64,000 nt of DNA from an uncultured Clostridium sp. (GTDB lineage Bacteria; Bacillota; Clostridia; TANB77; CAG-508): contig USMB01000001.1 in NCBI GenBank assembly GCA_900555615.1, forward strand, positions 64,470-128,469. The letters run 5' to 3'. The notes under the pieces were generated by a model that was not told the DNA's origin, made no database searches, and worked only from the letters and a program-made list of their open reading frames with translations. The first letter of the stretch is position 1, and every line of letters begins with the position of its first letter. Made by a program: the position numbers and the translations under genes. Positions 46,063 through 55,464 of this stretch are shown piece after piece.

Positions 46063-47382
46063 ATGAAAGAAAAAGGAATTTTACTTCCAATATTTTCACT
46101 TCCAAGCAAATATGGAATTGGAGACTTTGGATATGAAGCATATGAATTTATAGATATATTAAGTGAAAACAATATAAAATATTGGGAAGTCTTGCCAATA
46201 AACGAATGTAACAAATTGCCATACTCTCCAATAAGTTATTATGCAATAGAAGAAGATTACATATCTTTGGACAAATTAAAAAAAGAAAAATTAATAAAAG
46301 ATGCGGAAATACGAGAAAGCAAAGATAGAGCAATATATGATGATTTCAAAGAAAAATACTATAATGAAGCATTTAGCAATTTCAGACCCAATAATGAATA
46401 TTATGAATTTATAATACTACAAGAAATCAATGAATATGCTGAATTTAAAAGCAAAAAAACAGGAAAAAGTAAAGAATATCATTTATTTATTCAATATATG
46501 TTATATAAGCAATGGATGGAATTAAAACAATATGCTAATTCTAAAAATGTGCAAATAATTGGAGACATGCCAATGTACCCTGTGTTCGATTCAGTAGAAA
46601 CTAAATTTCATCCAGAATGTTTTGAAATGGAAAATGGTAAATTTACATTTGAAGCAGGTACACCACCAGATTATTTTAATGAAAATGGTCAAAAATGGAA
46701 TAGTCCTGTATATAATGTTAAAAATATAAAAAAGGACAATTATCAATATCTAATAAAAAGATTCAAATATCATTTAAAATTATTTGATAAAGTTAGAATA
46801 GATTATTTTAGAGGATATGATTCATTCTTCAAGATTCCAATCGGAAAATCTGGAAAAGAAGGATGTTATACAGATGGCGTAAGTTATGGATTTTTTGATG
46901 AATTATTTAAAGACAATAGTGTAAAAATTGAGAACTTTATAATTGAAGATTTAGGAGAAATTAGAGAAGAAACAATAAAACTAAGAGAACACTATGGATT
47001 TACAAGGCAAAAAATATTGCAATTTACAATAGATTTAGATAATTTCTATGATAGAGATAATGAAACGGAAAATGTACTTGTATTCCCTGGAAATCATGAT
47101 TGTAACACAATTTATGGATGGTATAAAACACTTGATGATGACCATAAATGGAAATTAAAAGAGTTTTTAAAACGAAACAATTGTAATGATATAAATGTTA
47201 ATATTGGAATTATGCAATATTTATCAAAATGTAAAGCTAAAATGCCAGTAATCATGGTACAAGATATTTTAGGATTAGATGAAAGTGCAAGAATAAATGT
47301 GCCAGGAACAGAAAGTGATAAAAACTGGTCTTGGAAATTAATTGATTTTAATGATTTAAAAGAAAGAATAAAAGATTATTAA
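46063..47382 (+). CDS. malQ: 4-alpha-glucanotransferase (GH77, amylomaltase)
   Basis: GILLPIFSLPSKYGIGDFG, RIDYFRGY (nucleophile Asp context), IIEDLG (acid/base Glu) and GNHDCNT. Confidence 0.8.
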   Translation: MKEKGILLPIFSLPSKYGIGDFGYEAYEFIDILSENNIKYWEVLPINECNKLPYSPISYYAIEEDYISLDKLKKEKLIKDAEIRESKDRAIYDDFKEKYYNEAFSNFRPNNEYYEFIILQEINEYAEFKSKKTGKSKEYHLFIQYMLYKQWMELKQYANSKNVQIIGDMPMYPVFDSVETKFHPECFEMENGKFTFEAGTPPDYFNENGQKWNSPVYNVKNIKKDNYQYLIKRFKYHLKLFDKVRIDYFRGYDSFFKIPIGKSGKEGCYTDGVSYGFFDELFKDNSVKIENFIIEDLGEIREETIKLREHYGFTRQKILQFTIDLDNFYDRDNETENVLVFPGNHDCNTIYGWYKTLDDDHKWKLKEFLKRNNCNDINVNIGIMQYLSKCKAKMPVIMVQDILGLDESARINVPGTESDKNWSWKLIDFNDLKERIKDY

Positions 47383-47398
47383 TAGGGAGGAAATTCAG

Positions 47399-48544
47399 AT
47401 GATAAGAAAAGTAGCTATATTAGCAAATGGAGGAGATGTATCAGGATTTAATGCTGTTATTAGAGCAATTATAAAAACAGCAGAAAATAATGGAATAGAT
47501 TGTTATGGGTTTATAGATGGATATAATGGATTATTAAAAAACAATTTTGTAAAATTAGCAACATCAAATAATTCAACAGCTTCTGGAATATTACCAAAAG
47601 GAGGCTCAATAATTGGTTCATCAACAAATGCAAATGTATTTAATTACAAAGTGGTAAATGAAGATGGATCAGTAGAATATAAAGATTTATCTGATGTATG
47701 TGTTGAAAATATTAAAAAAGATGGATTTGATTGTATATTCACATTAGGAGGAGATGGAACTCAAAAATCAGCAAGAGATTTTTCAACAAAAGGAGTAAAT
47801 GTAATTGGTGTTCCAAAAACAATTGATAATGATGTTGCATGTACAGAAATTACATTTGGATATAATACAGCTGTATCTGTTGCAGCAGAAGCCTTAGACA
47901 GATTGCACACAACAGGTGAAACACATCATAGAATAATGGTACTTGAAGTTATGGGAAGATATGCTGGATGGATAGCTCTAGAATCTGCAATTGCAGGAGG
48001 AGCAGATATTGCATTAATTCCAGAAATACCATATGACTTAAATAAAGCAGTAGAAAAAATAAATGAAAGAAGAGCTCAAGGAAAAGAATTCAGTATAGTA
48101 GTTGTAGCAGAAGGAGCAGCACCAAAAGGTGGAACAATTACAGTTGCAAATAAAAGAGATAATGGAGCAGGTGTAGATAACAACAAACTTGGTGGAGTTG
48201 GACAAGTAGTTGCAAAACAACTTGAAGAATTAACAGGTCTTGAGGCTAGAAATACAACTTTAGGATATATGCAAAGAGGTGGAACTCCAACAGCATTTGA
48301 TAGAGTTTTATCAACTAAATATGGTGCAAAAGCTATGGAACTTGCATTAGATGGAAAGTTCGGAGTACTAACGGTAATTAAAAATGGAAAATTAGACTAT
48401 GTTTCATTAGAAGATGTTGTAGGAAGAAATACTAAAATAGGAGCTGTTTCAGGAAATACAGCAGAAAGTAATTTAAGAAAAGTTACTATGGATGATGATT
48501 TAGTAAAAACAGCTAGAGATATAGGAATATGCTTAGGCGATTAA
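47399..48544 (+). CDS. 6-phosphofructokinase (PfkA family; phosphoryl donor not assignable from sequence)
   Basis: GGDVSGFNAVIRA, GGDGT, PKTIDNDV and MGRYAGW. Confidence 0.85.
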   Translation: MIRKVAILANGGDVSGFNAVIRAIIKTAENNGIDCYGFIDGYNGLLKNNFVKLATSNNSTASGILPKGGSIIGSSTNANVFNYKVVNEDGSVEYKDLSDVCVENIKKDGFDCIFTLGGDGTQKSARDFSTKGVNVIGVPKTIDNDVACTEITFGYNTAVSVAAEALDRLHTTGETHHRIMVLEVMGRYAGWIALESAIAGGADIALIPEIPYDLNKAVEKINERRAQGKEFSIVVVAEGAAPKGGTITVANKRDNGAGVDNNKLGGVGQVVAKQLEELTGLEARNTTLGYMQRGGTPTAFDRVLSTKYGAKAMELALDGKFGVLTVIKNGKLDYVSLEDVVGRNTKIGAVSGNTAESNLRKVTMDDDLVKTARDIGICLGD

Positions 48545-48573
48545 TAATTCACAAAAAATTCACACAATTCGTG

Positions 48574-48618
48574 TTGACAAAATGACACTGTGTCATTATA
48601 ATTATGACAGAGTGTTAT
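48574..48618 (+). promoter_or_regulatory. Promoter with two palindromic operator candidates for the TetR regulator
   Basis: TTGACA (48574-48579), a 17-nt spacer, then TATAAT (48597-48602). The spacer holds the perfect palindrome ATGACAC-T-GTGTCAT (48582-48596), and a related ATGACAGAGTGTTAT lies at 48604-48618. Confidence 0.7.
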
Positions 48619-48657
48619 TTTTGCGTTTTGTGGGGAAACGTGATAATTAGGAGGGAA

Positions 48658-49287
48658 GTGATAGAAGTGCCAAAAGAAACTTTTCTAAAGCTTTCAAATG
48701 AGAAACAGCAAAAAGTGTTAGATGCTGCAAAGAAAGAATTTGCAAGAGTTCCAATAGAAAATGTCTCAATAAAAAACATTGTAGAAGATGCAGATATTGC
48801 AAGAGGCAGTTTTTATCAATATTTTGAAAGCAAAGAAGATTTGCTGGTTTATCTTTTAAAAGAAAAAGCAGAGCAAGTATCAAATAAAGTAAAAGAAAAA
48901 ATCCAAGAAACAGATGGAGATTTATTTGAAACATATATTTTCTTGTATGATATGGCAATAGAAAATTTCATGAAAAAAGAAGATGAAGACTTGTATAAGC
49001 AAATATTTATAAATATAAAATCATCTGATGAAAGTATATTTGATTTAATGAAAAATACCAAACCAAAAGATGTCATAAAATATTGTGATTTGTTAAATAC
49101 CAAAAATTTAAAAATAGAAAATCAGCAAGATTTTATGGTAATATGTGAAATGTTAAATGCAATTACAAGAAAATCAATTATAAAAAATTTTAAAGGAGTT
49201 TCAAAAGAAGAATGTAGAAGCACATTTCTTAAAGAAATAGAATATTTAAAATATGGAATTATAAAAAAGGAGGATAAAAATGCTTAA
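48658..49287 (+). CDS. TetR/AcrR family transcriptional regulator
   Basis: N-terminal HTH VSIKNIVEDADIARGSFYQYFESKEDLL. The start is GTG at 48658 or 48667 after AGGAGGG, and the gene overlaps the start of the ABC exporter gene. Confidence 0.85.
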   Translation: MIEVPKETFLKLSNEKQQKVLDAAKKEFARVPIENVSIKNIVEDADIARGSFYQYFESKEDLLVYLLKEKAEQVSNKVKEKIQETDGDLFETYIFLYDMAIENFMKKEDEDLYKQIFINIKSSDESIFDLMKNTKPKDVIKYCDLLNTKNLKIENQQDFMVICEMLNAITRKSIIKNFKGVSKEECRSTFLKEIEYLKYGIIKKEDKNA

Positions 49288-51484
49288 AGTATTAAAAAAA
49301 TTAAAACAATCATGGCTATCAGTAGTAGTTATTGTAGCATTACTATGTGTGCAAGCAACAGTTGATTTGGAATTGCCAAATTACACATCAAAAATAGTAA
49401 ATACAGGAATTCAGGCTGGTGGAATTGAATATGCAGTTCCAGAAGTAATCAGCAAAAACGACATGGATTCAATACTTTTGTTTACAAATAGTGATGATGA
49501 AATATTAGAAAAATATTCAGTTGCAAGTGCAACAGATTTAACAAATAAACAAGAAAGAACTTTAAAAAAATATTTAAAAGAAGATTATAACAAAGACGAA
49601 ATCTATGTAATAAAAGATTTAAAAACTGACGAGAAAGAAGCTCTTGAAGAATTGATGACAAAACCAATTATTATTTCTCAAACAGTTCAAAACAAAGAAA
49701 TTTTAAAATCTATGCCACAAGAGCAATTAGCAAAAATGTTGGAAGAATCATCAAAACAAATTGACTCAATGCAAGACTCAATAAAAACACAAGCAGCAGT
49801 AGCATATGTAAAAACACTTTACAAAGATACAAATGTTGATACAGATAAAATTCAAATGAACTATATAATGATAGCTGGTCTAAAAATGTTAGCATTAGCA
49901 GCAATTAGTATGGCATCAGGAATTACAATTATGATGTTGTCATCACGTGTAGGTGCAAGACTTTCTAAAACATTAAGAGAAGAAGTATTTAATAAAGTAC
50001 TAAGCTTTTCAAACAAAGAATTGCGTGAATTTTCAACAGCATCTTTAATTACACGTAGTACAAACGATGTTCAACAAATTCAACAATTAATGGCAATGTT
50101 ATTTAGAACAGTTGTATATGCTCCAATAATAGGTATAGGTGGAACTATAAAAGTATTAAATGAAAGCAACAGTTCAATGGCTTGGATTATTGGATTAGCA
50201 GTTATTACAATTATTCTAGTAGTAGGTGTATTATTTGCAATAGCAATGCCAAAATTCAAGAAATTACAAGAATTGGTTGATAAGCTAAATAAAGTATCAA
50301 GAGAAATCTTAACAGGTTTACCAGTTATAAGAGCATTTAACACAGAGAAAAAAGAAGAAAAAAGATTTGATAATGCAAATAGTGATTTAATGAAGGCAAA
50401 CATATTTGTAAATACAGCAATGTCAATTATGATGCCAATGATGATGTTTATAATGAATGGAGTTTCAATCCTAATAATATGGGTTGGAGGCCATAACATC
50501 GACCAAGGTGTAATGCAAGTTGGAGACATGTTAGCATTCATACAATATGCAATGCAAATAGTAATGAGCTTCTTAATGATATCAATGATATCTATAATGC
50601 TTCCAAGAGCTTCTGTATCAGCAAACCGTATTATGAAAGTACTTGAAACAGAACCAAGCATAAAAGATAAAGAAAATACAAAGAAATTAGATCCAAGTAA
50701 AAAAGGATTAGTTGAATTTAAGAATGTATCATTTAAATATCCAGATGCTGATGCTGAAATTCTTTCTGATATAAACTTTACAGCAGAATCAGGAAAAACA
50801 ACAGCAATAATAGGAAGTACTGGTAGTGGAAAATCTACAGTAGTAAATTTAATACCTAGATTTTATGATGTAACAGGTGGAGAGCTTCTAGTTGATGGAG
50901 TTAATGTAAAAGATTTATCACAAAAAGAATTAAGAGATATAATTGGATTTGTGCCACAAAAAGGAGTTTTATTTTCAGGTACAATAGAATCTAATATAAA
51001 ATATTCAGATGAAAATATGTCTGATGAGCAAATGATTAATGCAGCAGAAATTGCACAAGCAACAGAATTTATAAATGGAAAAACAGATAAATATAAATCA
51101 GAAATTGCACAAGGCGGAAACAATGTTTCAGGAGGTCAAAAGCAAAGGCTTTCTATTGCAAGAGCAGTTGCAAAAGACCCAGAAATATTTGTATTTGATG
51201 ATAGTTTTTCAGCATTAGACTTTAAAACAGATGCAGCATTAAGAGAAGCGTTAGCACAAAAAACAAAAAATAAGACATCTATTATAGTTGCACAAAGAAT
51301 TAGTACAATTCTAAATGCAGATAAAATTATAGTTTTAGATGACGGAAAAATCGTAGGTCAAGGAACACACGAAGAATTATATAAAACAAACGAAACATAT
51401 AAACAAATAGCTTTATCACAATTATCTGAAGAAGAATTAACAAAAGACTTTTCAGATAAGGATAATAAAGAAAGGGGGGAATAA
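49280..51484 (+). CDS. ABC exporter permease/ATPase, chain 1 of a heterodimer (degenerate NBD)
   Basis: Six TM segments with an insertion of about 150 aa after TM1. Walker A GSTGSGKST and signature VSGGQ are canonical. Walker B reads FVFDDS (no catalytic Glu) and the H-loop reads AQR. Confidence 0.9.
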   Translation: MLKVLKKLKQSWLSVVVIVALLCVQATVDLELPNYTSKIVNTGIQAGGIEYAVPEVISKNDMDSILLFTNSDDEILEKYSVASATDLTNKQERTLKKYLKEDYNKDEIYVIKDLKTDEKEALEELMTKPIIISQTVQNKEILKSMPQEQLAKMLEESSKQIDSMQDSIKTQAAVAYVKTLYKDTNVDTDKIQMNYIMIAGLKMLALAAISMASGITIMMLSSRVGARLSKTLREEVFNKVLSFSNKELREFSTASLITRSTNDVQQIQQLMAMLFRTVVYAPIIGIGGTIKVLNESNSSMAWIIGLAVITIILVVGVLFAIAMPKFKKLQELVDKLNKVSREILTGLPVIRAFNTEKKEEKRFDNANSDLMKANIFVNTAMSIMMPMMMFIMNGVSILIIWVGGHNIDQGVMQVGDMLAFIQYAMQIVMSFLMISMISIMLPRASVSANRIMKVLETEPSIKDKENTKKLDPSKKGLVEFKNVSFKYPDADAEILSDINFTAESGKTTAIIGSTGSGKSTVVNLIPRFYDVTGGELLVDGVNVKDLSQKELRDIIGFVPQKGVLFSGTIESNIKYSDENMSDEQMINAAEIAQATEFINGKTDKYKSEIAQGGNNVSGGQKQRLSIARAVAKDPEIFVFDDSFSALDFKTDAALREALAQKTKNKTSIIVAQRISTILNADKIIVLDDGKIVGQGTHEELYKTNETYKQIALSQLSEEELTKDFSDKDNKERGE

Positions 51485-51485
51485 T

Positions 51486-53303
51486 ATGCCAGGACCAATG
51501 GGAGGACCTAGAGCAGGTCATGTAACAGAAAAAGCAAAAGATTTTAAAGGAACAACTAAAAAATTAATTGGACAATATTTGTCAAAATACAAAATCGGTT
51601 TAATTATAGTTATAATCTTTGCAGTTGGAAGTACAATATTTTCAATTATTGGACCTAAAATTTTAGGTAATGCTACAACTGAAATATATAATGGATTAGT
51701 AAACAAATTGTATGGCACAGGTGGAATTGACTTTAGGAAAATAGGAACAATTTTATTAACATTATTGGGATTATATGTCTTGAGCGCATTATTCTCTTTT
51801 ATACAAGGACTTACTATGACAAGAATATCTCAAAAGCTTACATATAGACTTAGAAAAGATATATCAGAAAAGATAAATAAATTGCCTATGAATTACTATG
51901 ACAAAAAGACAAATGGAGAAGTATTATCAGTTATAACAAATGATATTGACACATTAGGAACAAACTTAAACCAAAGTGTAACACAAATTATCACATCAGT
52001 TTGTACATTAGTTGGTATTGCAATAATGATGTTATCAATTAGTTGGCAAATGACATTAATTTCACTTATAGTTATGCCAATAGGAGCTTTTTTAGTAAAA
52101 ATAATTGTTGGAAAATCTCAAAAATACTTTAAGAGACAACAAGATTATTTAGGACATGTAAATGGTCAAGTAGAAGAAGTATATTCAGGATTAACTGTTG
52201 TAAAAGCATTTAATGGAGAAAATAATGCAAGAACAGAATTTGCAAAAGAAAATAATGAATTATATAAATCTGCATGGAGATCACAATTCTTATCAGGACT
52301 TATGTTTCCAGTAATGGAATTTATATCTAATATAGGATATGTAGGTGTTGCAATTGCTGGTGGATATTTAGCAATCAATGGAAAAATTACTGTTGGTAAT
52401 ATTCAAAGCTTTATACAATATAACAAGCAATTTACACAACCAATAAATCAAATTGCACAAGTATCAAGTATGTTACAAGCTATGGTTGCTGCAACTGAAA
52501 GAATTTTTGAATTCTTAGAGGAAAAAGATGAAGTAGAAACAGCTAAAGAAGGTGTAACAACAAAAGGATTAAAAGGCAATGTAACATTTGACCACGTAAA
52601 ATTCGGTTATAATCCAGATAATATAGTTATAAAGGACTTTAATGCAGAAGTGCATGATGGTCAAAAAATAGCTATTGTAGGACCAACTGGAGCAGGAAAA
52701 ACAACAATGGTAAAATTATTGATGAGATTTTATGATGTTACAGATGGTAGAATTTTAGTTGATGGACACAATGTAAAAGACTTTGAAAGAGGCGAACTTC
52801 GTCAAATGTTCGGAATGGTATTACAAGATACTTGGCTATTTGGCGGAACTGTAAAAGATAATATCAAATATGGAAAAGAAGATGCAACAGATGATGAAGT
52901 TATAGAAGCGACAAAAGCAGCTCATGTACATCATTATATCAAAACTTTGCCAAATGGATATAATTCAGAAATTAATGAAGAGTCAAGCAATATTTCAGCT
53001 GGTCAAAAACAATTATTGACAATAGCTAGAGTTATCTTAACAGACCCTAAAATATTGATTTTGGATGAAGCTACAAGTTCTATCGATACTAGAACAGAAA
53101 TTCAAATCCAAAAGGCTATGGATAATTTAATGAAGGGTAGAACATCTTTTATTATTGCACATAGATTGTCTACAATTAAGAATGCTGATTTGATTTTGGT
53201 TATGGATCATGGTGATATTGTTGAACAAGGTACTCATGAAGAACTTCTTGCTAAAGGTGGATTTTATGAGAAATTGTATAATAGCCAATTCGACGAGCAA
53301 TAA
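51486..53303 (+). CDS. ABC exporter permease/ATPase, chain 2 of a heterodimer (consensus NBD)
   Basis: Walker A GPTGAGKTT, Walker B LILDEA and H-loop AHR are canonical; the signature is the variant ISAGQ. The start is 1 nt after the chain 1 stop. Confidence 0.9.
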   Translation: MPGPMGGPRAGHVTEKAKDFKGTTKKLIGQYLSKYKIGLIIVIIFAVGSTIFSIIGPKILGNATTEIYNGLVNKLYGTGGIDFRKIGTILLTLLGLYVLSALFSFIQGLTMTRISQKLTYRLRKDISEKINKLPMNYYDKKTNGEVLSVITNDIDTLGTNLNQSVTQIITSVCTLVGIAIMMLSISWQMTLISLIVMPIGAFLVKIIVGKSQKYFKRQQDYLGHVNGQVEEVYSGLTVVKAFNGENNARTEFAKENNELYKSAWRSQFLSGLMFPVMEFISNIGYVGVAIAGGYLAINGKITVGNIQSFIQYNKQFTQPINQIAQVSSMLQAMVAATERIFEFLEEKDEVETAKEGVTTKGLKGNVTFDHVKFGYNPDNIVIKDFNAEVHDGQKIAIVGPTGAGKTTMVKLLMRFYDVTDGRILVDGHNVKDFERGELRQMFGMVLQDTWLFGGTVKDNIKYGKEDATDDEVIEATKAAHVHHYIKTLPNGYNSEINEESSNISAGQKQLLTIARVILTDPKILILDEATSSIDTRTEIQIQKAMDNLMKGRTSFIIAHRLSTIKNADLILVMDHGDIVEQGTHEELLAKGGFYEKLYNSQFDEQ

Positions 53304-53467
53304 AGGGCGAAAAATGTGAATTCTGTGTAGTCTTAGAACGACAACACTTTGACACTTCTCGTAAATTTGACTTACTTGCCAAAAAAAGAGGAGAATTGAG
53401 AAAAAACAAAGGAATCACAGTTAGATGGGCATTGGATATCAGTGATTTTAATATAGAAATTATAGAA

Positions 53468-53495
53468 AAATGAGTTTTTATGACTCATTTTTTTT
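53468..53495 (+). terminator. Rho-independent terminator at the left edge of the accessory island
   Basis: AAATGAGT-ttttatg-ACTCATTT followed by a T-run. Confidence 0.7.
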
Positions 53496-53511
53496 AATGG
53501 AGGTAATTATA

Positions 53512-53718
53512 TTGGAAAATAAAGAATTAAATGAAGAGAAAGAATTTGATGAGGAAAAGAAATTAAAAGATGTAAGTGAAATGGTAAAAGTAACGAGAAT
53601 ACTTCAAGATATACTAGATAATAAGATATCGAATATAATAGAAAGTGAATTAAAGAAAAATAATATTGAAAAAAATTTAGCGATTGAGGTAAAAATAGAT
53701 GTAGATTTCTATAATTAA
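53512..53718 (+). CDS. Small acidic hypothetical protein (68 aa)
   Basis: TTG at 53512 is 8 nt after GGAGG (53499-53503). The listed ATG at 53470 lies inside the terminator stem. Confidence 0.4.
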   Translation: MENKELNEEKEFDEEKKLKDVSEMVKVTRILQDILDNKISNIIESELKKNNIEKNLAIEVKIDVDFYN

Positions 53719-53730
53719 ATTTTAAATGAG

Positions 53731-54495
53731 GTGATGCTAGATGTGAGCGAAGAAAGACAACCGTCATATTATGCAATAATACCAAGTACGGTAAGATATG
53801 ATGAAAACTTGAAATATTCAGAAAGATTACTCTATGGAGAAATTACAGCACTAATAGGAAAAGAAGGCTATTGTTTTGCAGGTAACAGCTATTTTGCAAA
53901 ACTTTTTGGAGTGATACCAGGAACAATTTCAAGATGGATTTCTCATTTAAGTAGATTAGGGTATATTAAAGTTGATGTAATAAGAAATGAAAAAAACGAA
54001 GTAATAGAAAGAAGGATTTTTATTACAGATATAAGCTGTAGGAAAATTCTATCTGATACCTATGAGCAATTTGGCACATACCCCTATAAGCAAAATAAAA
54101 CATACCCTATGAGCAAAAAAGCTAAAGATAATAATATAAATATTAGGATAGATAGATTTTTCTATTATATAATAAACATTAAAGGAGAAATTCCAAAGGA
54201 TGTTGAAGAACTTTACAAAACAATTGAAAAACTAGAACTTAATTACACTAAAGAGATTATTGAGACATTTACTGAAGAGAATAAAGAAAAAATAAAAATA
54301 CTCATGTATTGTATCAAAGAAATTTATGAAAGTAACAAAAGAAATATATTATTAAAGGCAACAAGAGAAAAATTAATAGAGATATATGACCATTGCAAAA
54401 AAATTGAAAAAGATTATAAAGGAACTGAGAAGGAGATTAACAACTTTTTTGAATATTTTTATGCAAGTGTTGTAAGAAAGTTAGAAGCTAACTAA
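53731..54495 (+). CDS. Helix-turn-helix protein resembling phage/plasmid replisome-organizer (DnaD-like N-terminal) proteins
   Basis: YYAIIPSTVRYDENLKYSERLLYGEITALIGKEGYCFAGNSYFAKLFGVIPGTISRWISHLSRLGYI is a pattern I recognise from mobile-element replication/organizer proteins. Confidence 0.55.
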   Translation: MMLDVSEERQPSYYAIIPSTVRYDENLKYSERLLYGEITALIGKEGYCFAGNSYFAKLFGVIPGTISRWISHLSRLGYIKVDVIRNEKNEVIERRIFITDISCRKILSDTYEQFGTYPYKQNKTYPMSKKAKDNNINIRIDRFFYYIINIKGEIPKDVEELYKTIEKLELNYTKEIIETFTEENKEKIKILMYCIKEIYESNKRNILLKATREKLIEIYDHCKKIEKDYKGTEKEINNFFEYFYASVVRKLEAN

Positions 54496-54531
54496 ATAGC
54501 TTTATTTTTTTACTTCAAAAGGAGGAAACTA

Positions 54532-54779
54532 ATGATTGAATCATATAACATAAACAATTCTGGATTAAATTCGATAATGAATAACTTTATGGAGAAAAGT
54601 TTTTTTTTATAATTATTTTCATTACAATTTGGATTTTTTCTAGTTTAATAATCTGGTTTATAGGAGCTAAGATAAAATCAGAAAAAACAATCAAATTAGG
54701 GCTAAAGAATTTCATGTTAAGTGTCGTGATACAGATATCTGCATTAGCAATACCATTACTAATTGCCCTAATAAAATAA
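54532..54779 (+). pseudogene. Small membrane protein interrupted by a frameshift in a T9 tract
   Basis: ATG at 54532 follows AAAGGAGG, and this frame stops at 54610-54612 just after T9 (54600-54608). A second frame, open from 54585, encodes two hydrophobic helices (IIIFITIWIFSSLIIWFIG ... VVIQISALAIPLLIALIK) up to the stop at 54777-54779 but has no start of its own. Confidence 0.45.
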
Positions 54780-54795
54780 AGAAGGAGTGAGAGGT

Positions 54796-55167
54796 ATGAA
54801 TATATCAAAACTAAAAAAGAAAATAGCAAAATCATCAATAATAGCACCATTTTTGGTAATGGCAACAAAAGCAAATGTATTTGCAACAACAATTGGAACA
54901 CAAGAAGTTGAAACAGCAACTCAAAATATTAAAGACGCTGTTATAAAACTTGCAATGCCGATTGGCTCAGTTTTAATGTTTATTAGTATTGTAATTATAG
55001 CAATTAAAATAATTGTAAATGCTAATAATCCCAATAAAAGATCAGAAGGAATAGGAGGTCTTGCTTGGGTTGCAGCAGGATTTATGATACTTAGTTTAGC
55101 ATTGATAATTTCAGGAATTATACTAAGTGTAGCAACAAATGGTTCAGGAAGTATGATTGGAGGATAA
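54796..55167 (+). CDS. VirB2/TrbC-like small membrane protein candidate (signal peptide plus two TM helices)
   Basis: Signal-like N-terminus ending VFA-TT, then two hydrophobic helices separated by a short basic loop (NANNPNKRSEG). The assignment rests on architecture and on position directly upstream of the PrgI/VirB3-like and VirB4 genes. Confidence 0.45.
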   Translation: MNISKLKKKIAKSSIIAPFLVMATKANVFATTIGTQEVETATQNIKDAVIKLAMPIGSVLMFISIVIIAIKIIVNANNPNKRSEGIGGLAWVAAGFMILSLALIISGIILSVATNGSGSMIGG

Positions 55168-55171
55168 CAAT

Positions 55172-55462
55172 ATGCAAATATATAAAGTACCATATAATTT
55201 TAACCATGAAGAAAAAATATTTGGAGGCTATCTATCTATAAGACAAGCAATATACATGGTTATAGGAGCATCAACAGCAGGGATTTTATTTGTGCCGTTT
55301 ATACCAATGTTTATAAAGGTGTTGCTATTTTTGAGTTTTGCAAGTATCTTTGTGTCATTTGCTTTTTTGAAAGTAGATGAAACAAATGCAGATAAATACT
55401 TTACTTATATTTTAAAATACTTTTTTAAAAATAAAAAATACATTTTAGAGAAAGGTAAGTAG
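55172..55462 (+). CDS. PrgI/VirB3-like T4SS membrane protein
   Basis: MQIYKVPYNFNHEEKIFGGYLSIRQAIYMVIG followed by two TM helices, as in PrgI-family proteins. ATG at 55172 is 7 nt after GGAGGA. Confidence 0.6.
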   Translation: MQIYKVPYNFNHEEKIFGGYLSIRQAIYMVIGASTAGILFVPFIPMFIKVLLFLSFASIFVSFAFLKVDETNADKYFTYILKYFFKNKKYILEKGK

Positions 55463-55464
55463 AT

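Noticed and set aside
50080-50661. 193-aa antisense ORF inside ABC exporter chain 1 (the ORFs at 28280-28627 and 28289-28600 inside the ABC-2 permease are similar)
   Set aside because: They are embedded in genes with unambiguous ABC or TM signatures, and their I/N/F-rich composition is typical of AT-rich off-frame ORFs.
53285-53473. Calling the junction ORF a CDS (XRE-like regulator)
   Set aside because: It has no ATG or GTG start and no RBS. It is treated as a remnant and reported as a finding instead.
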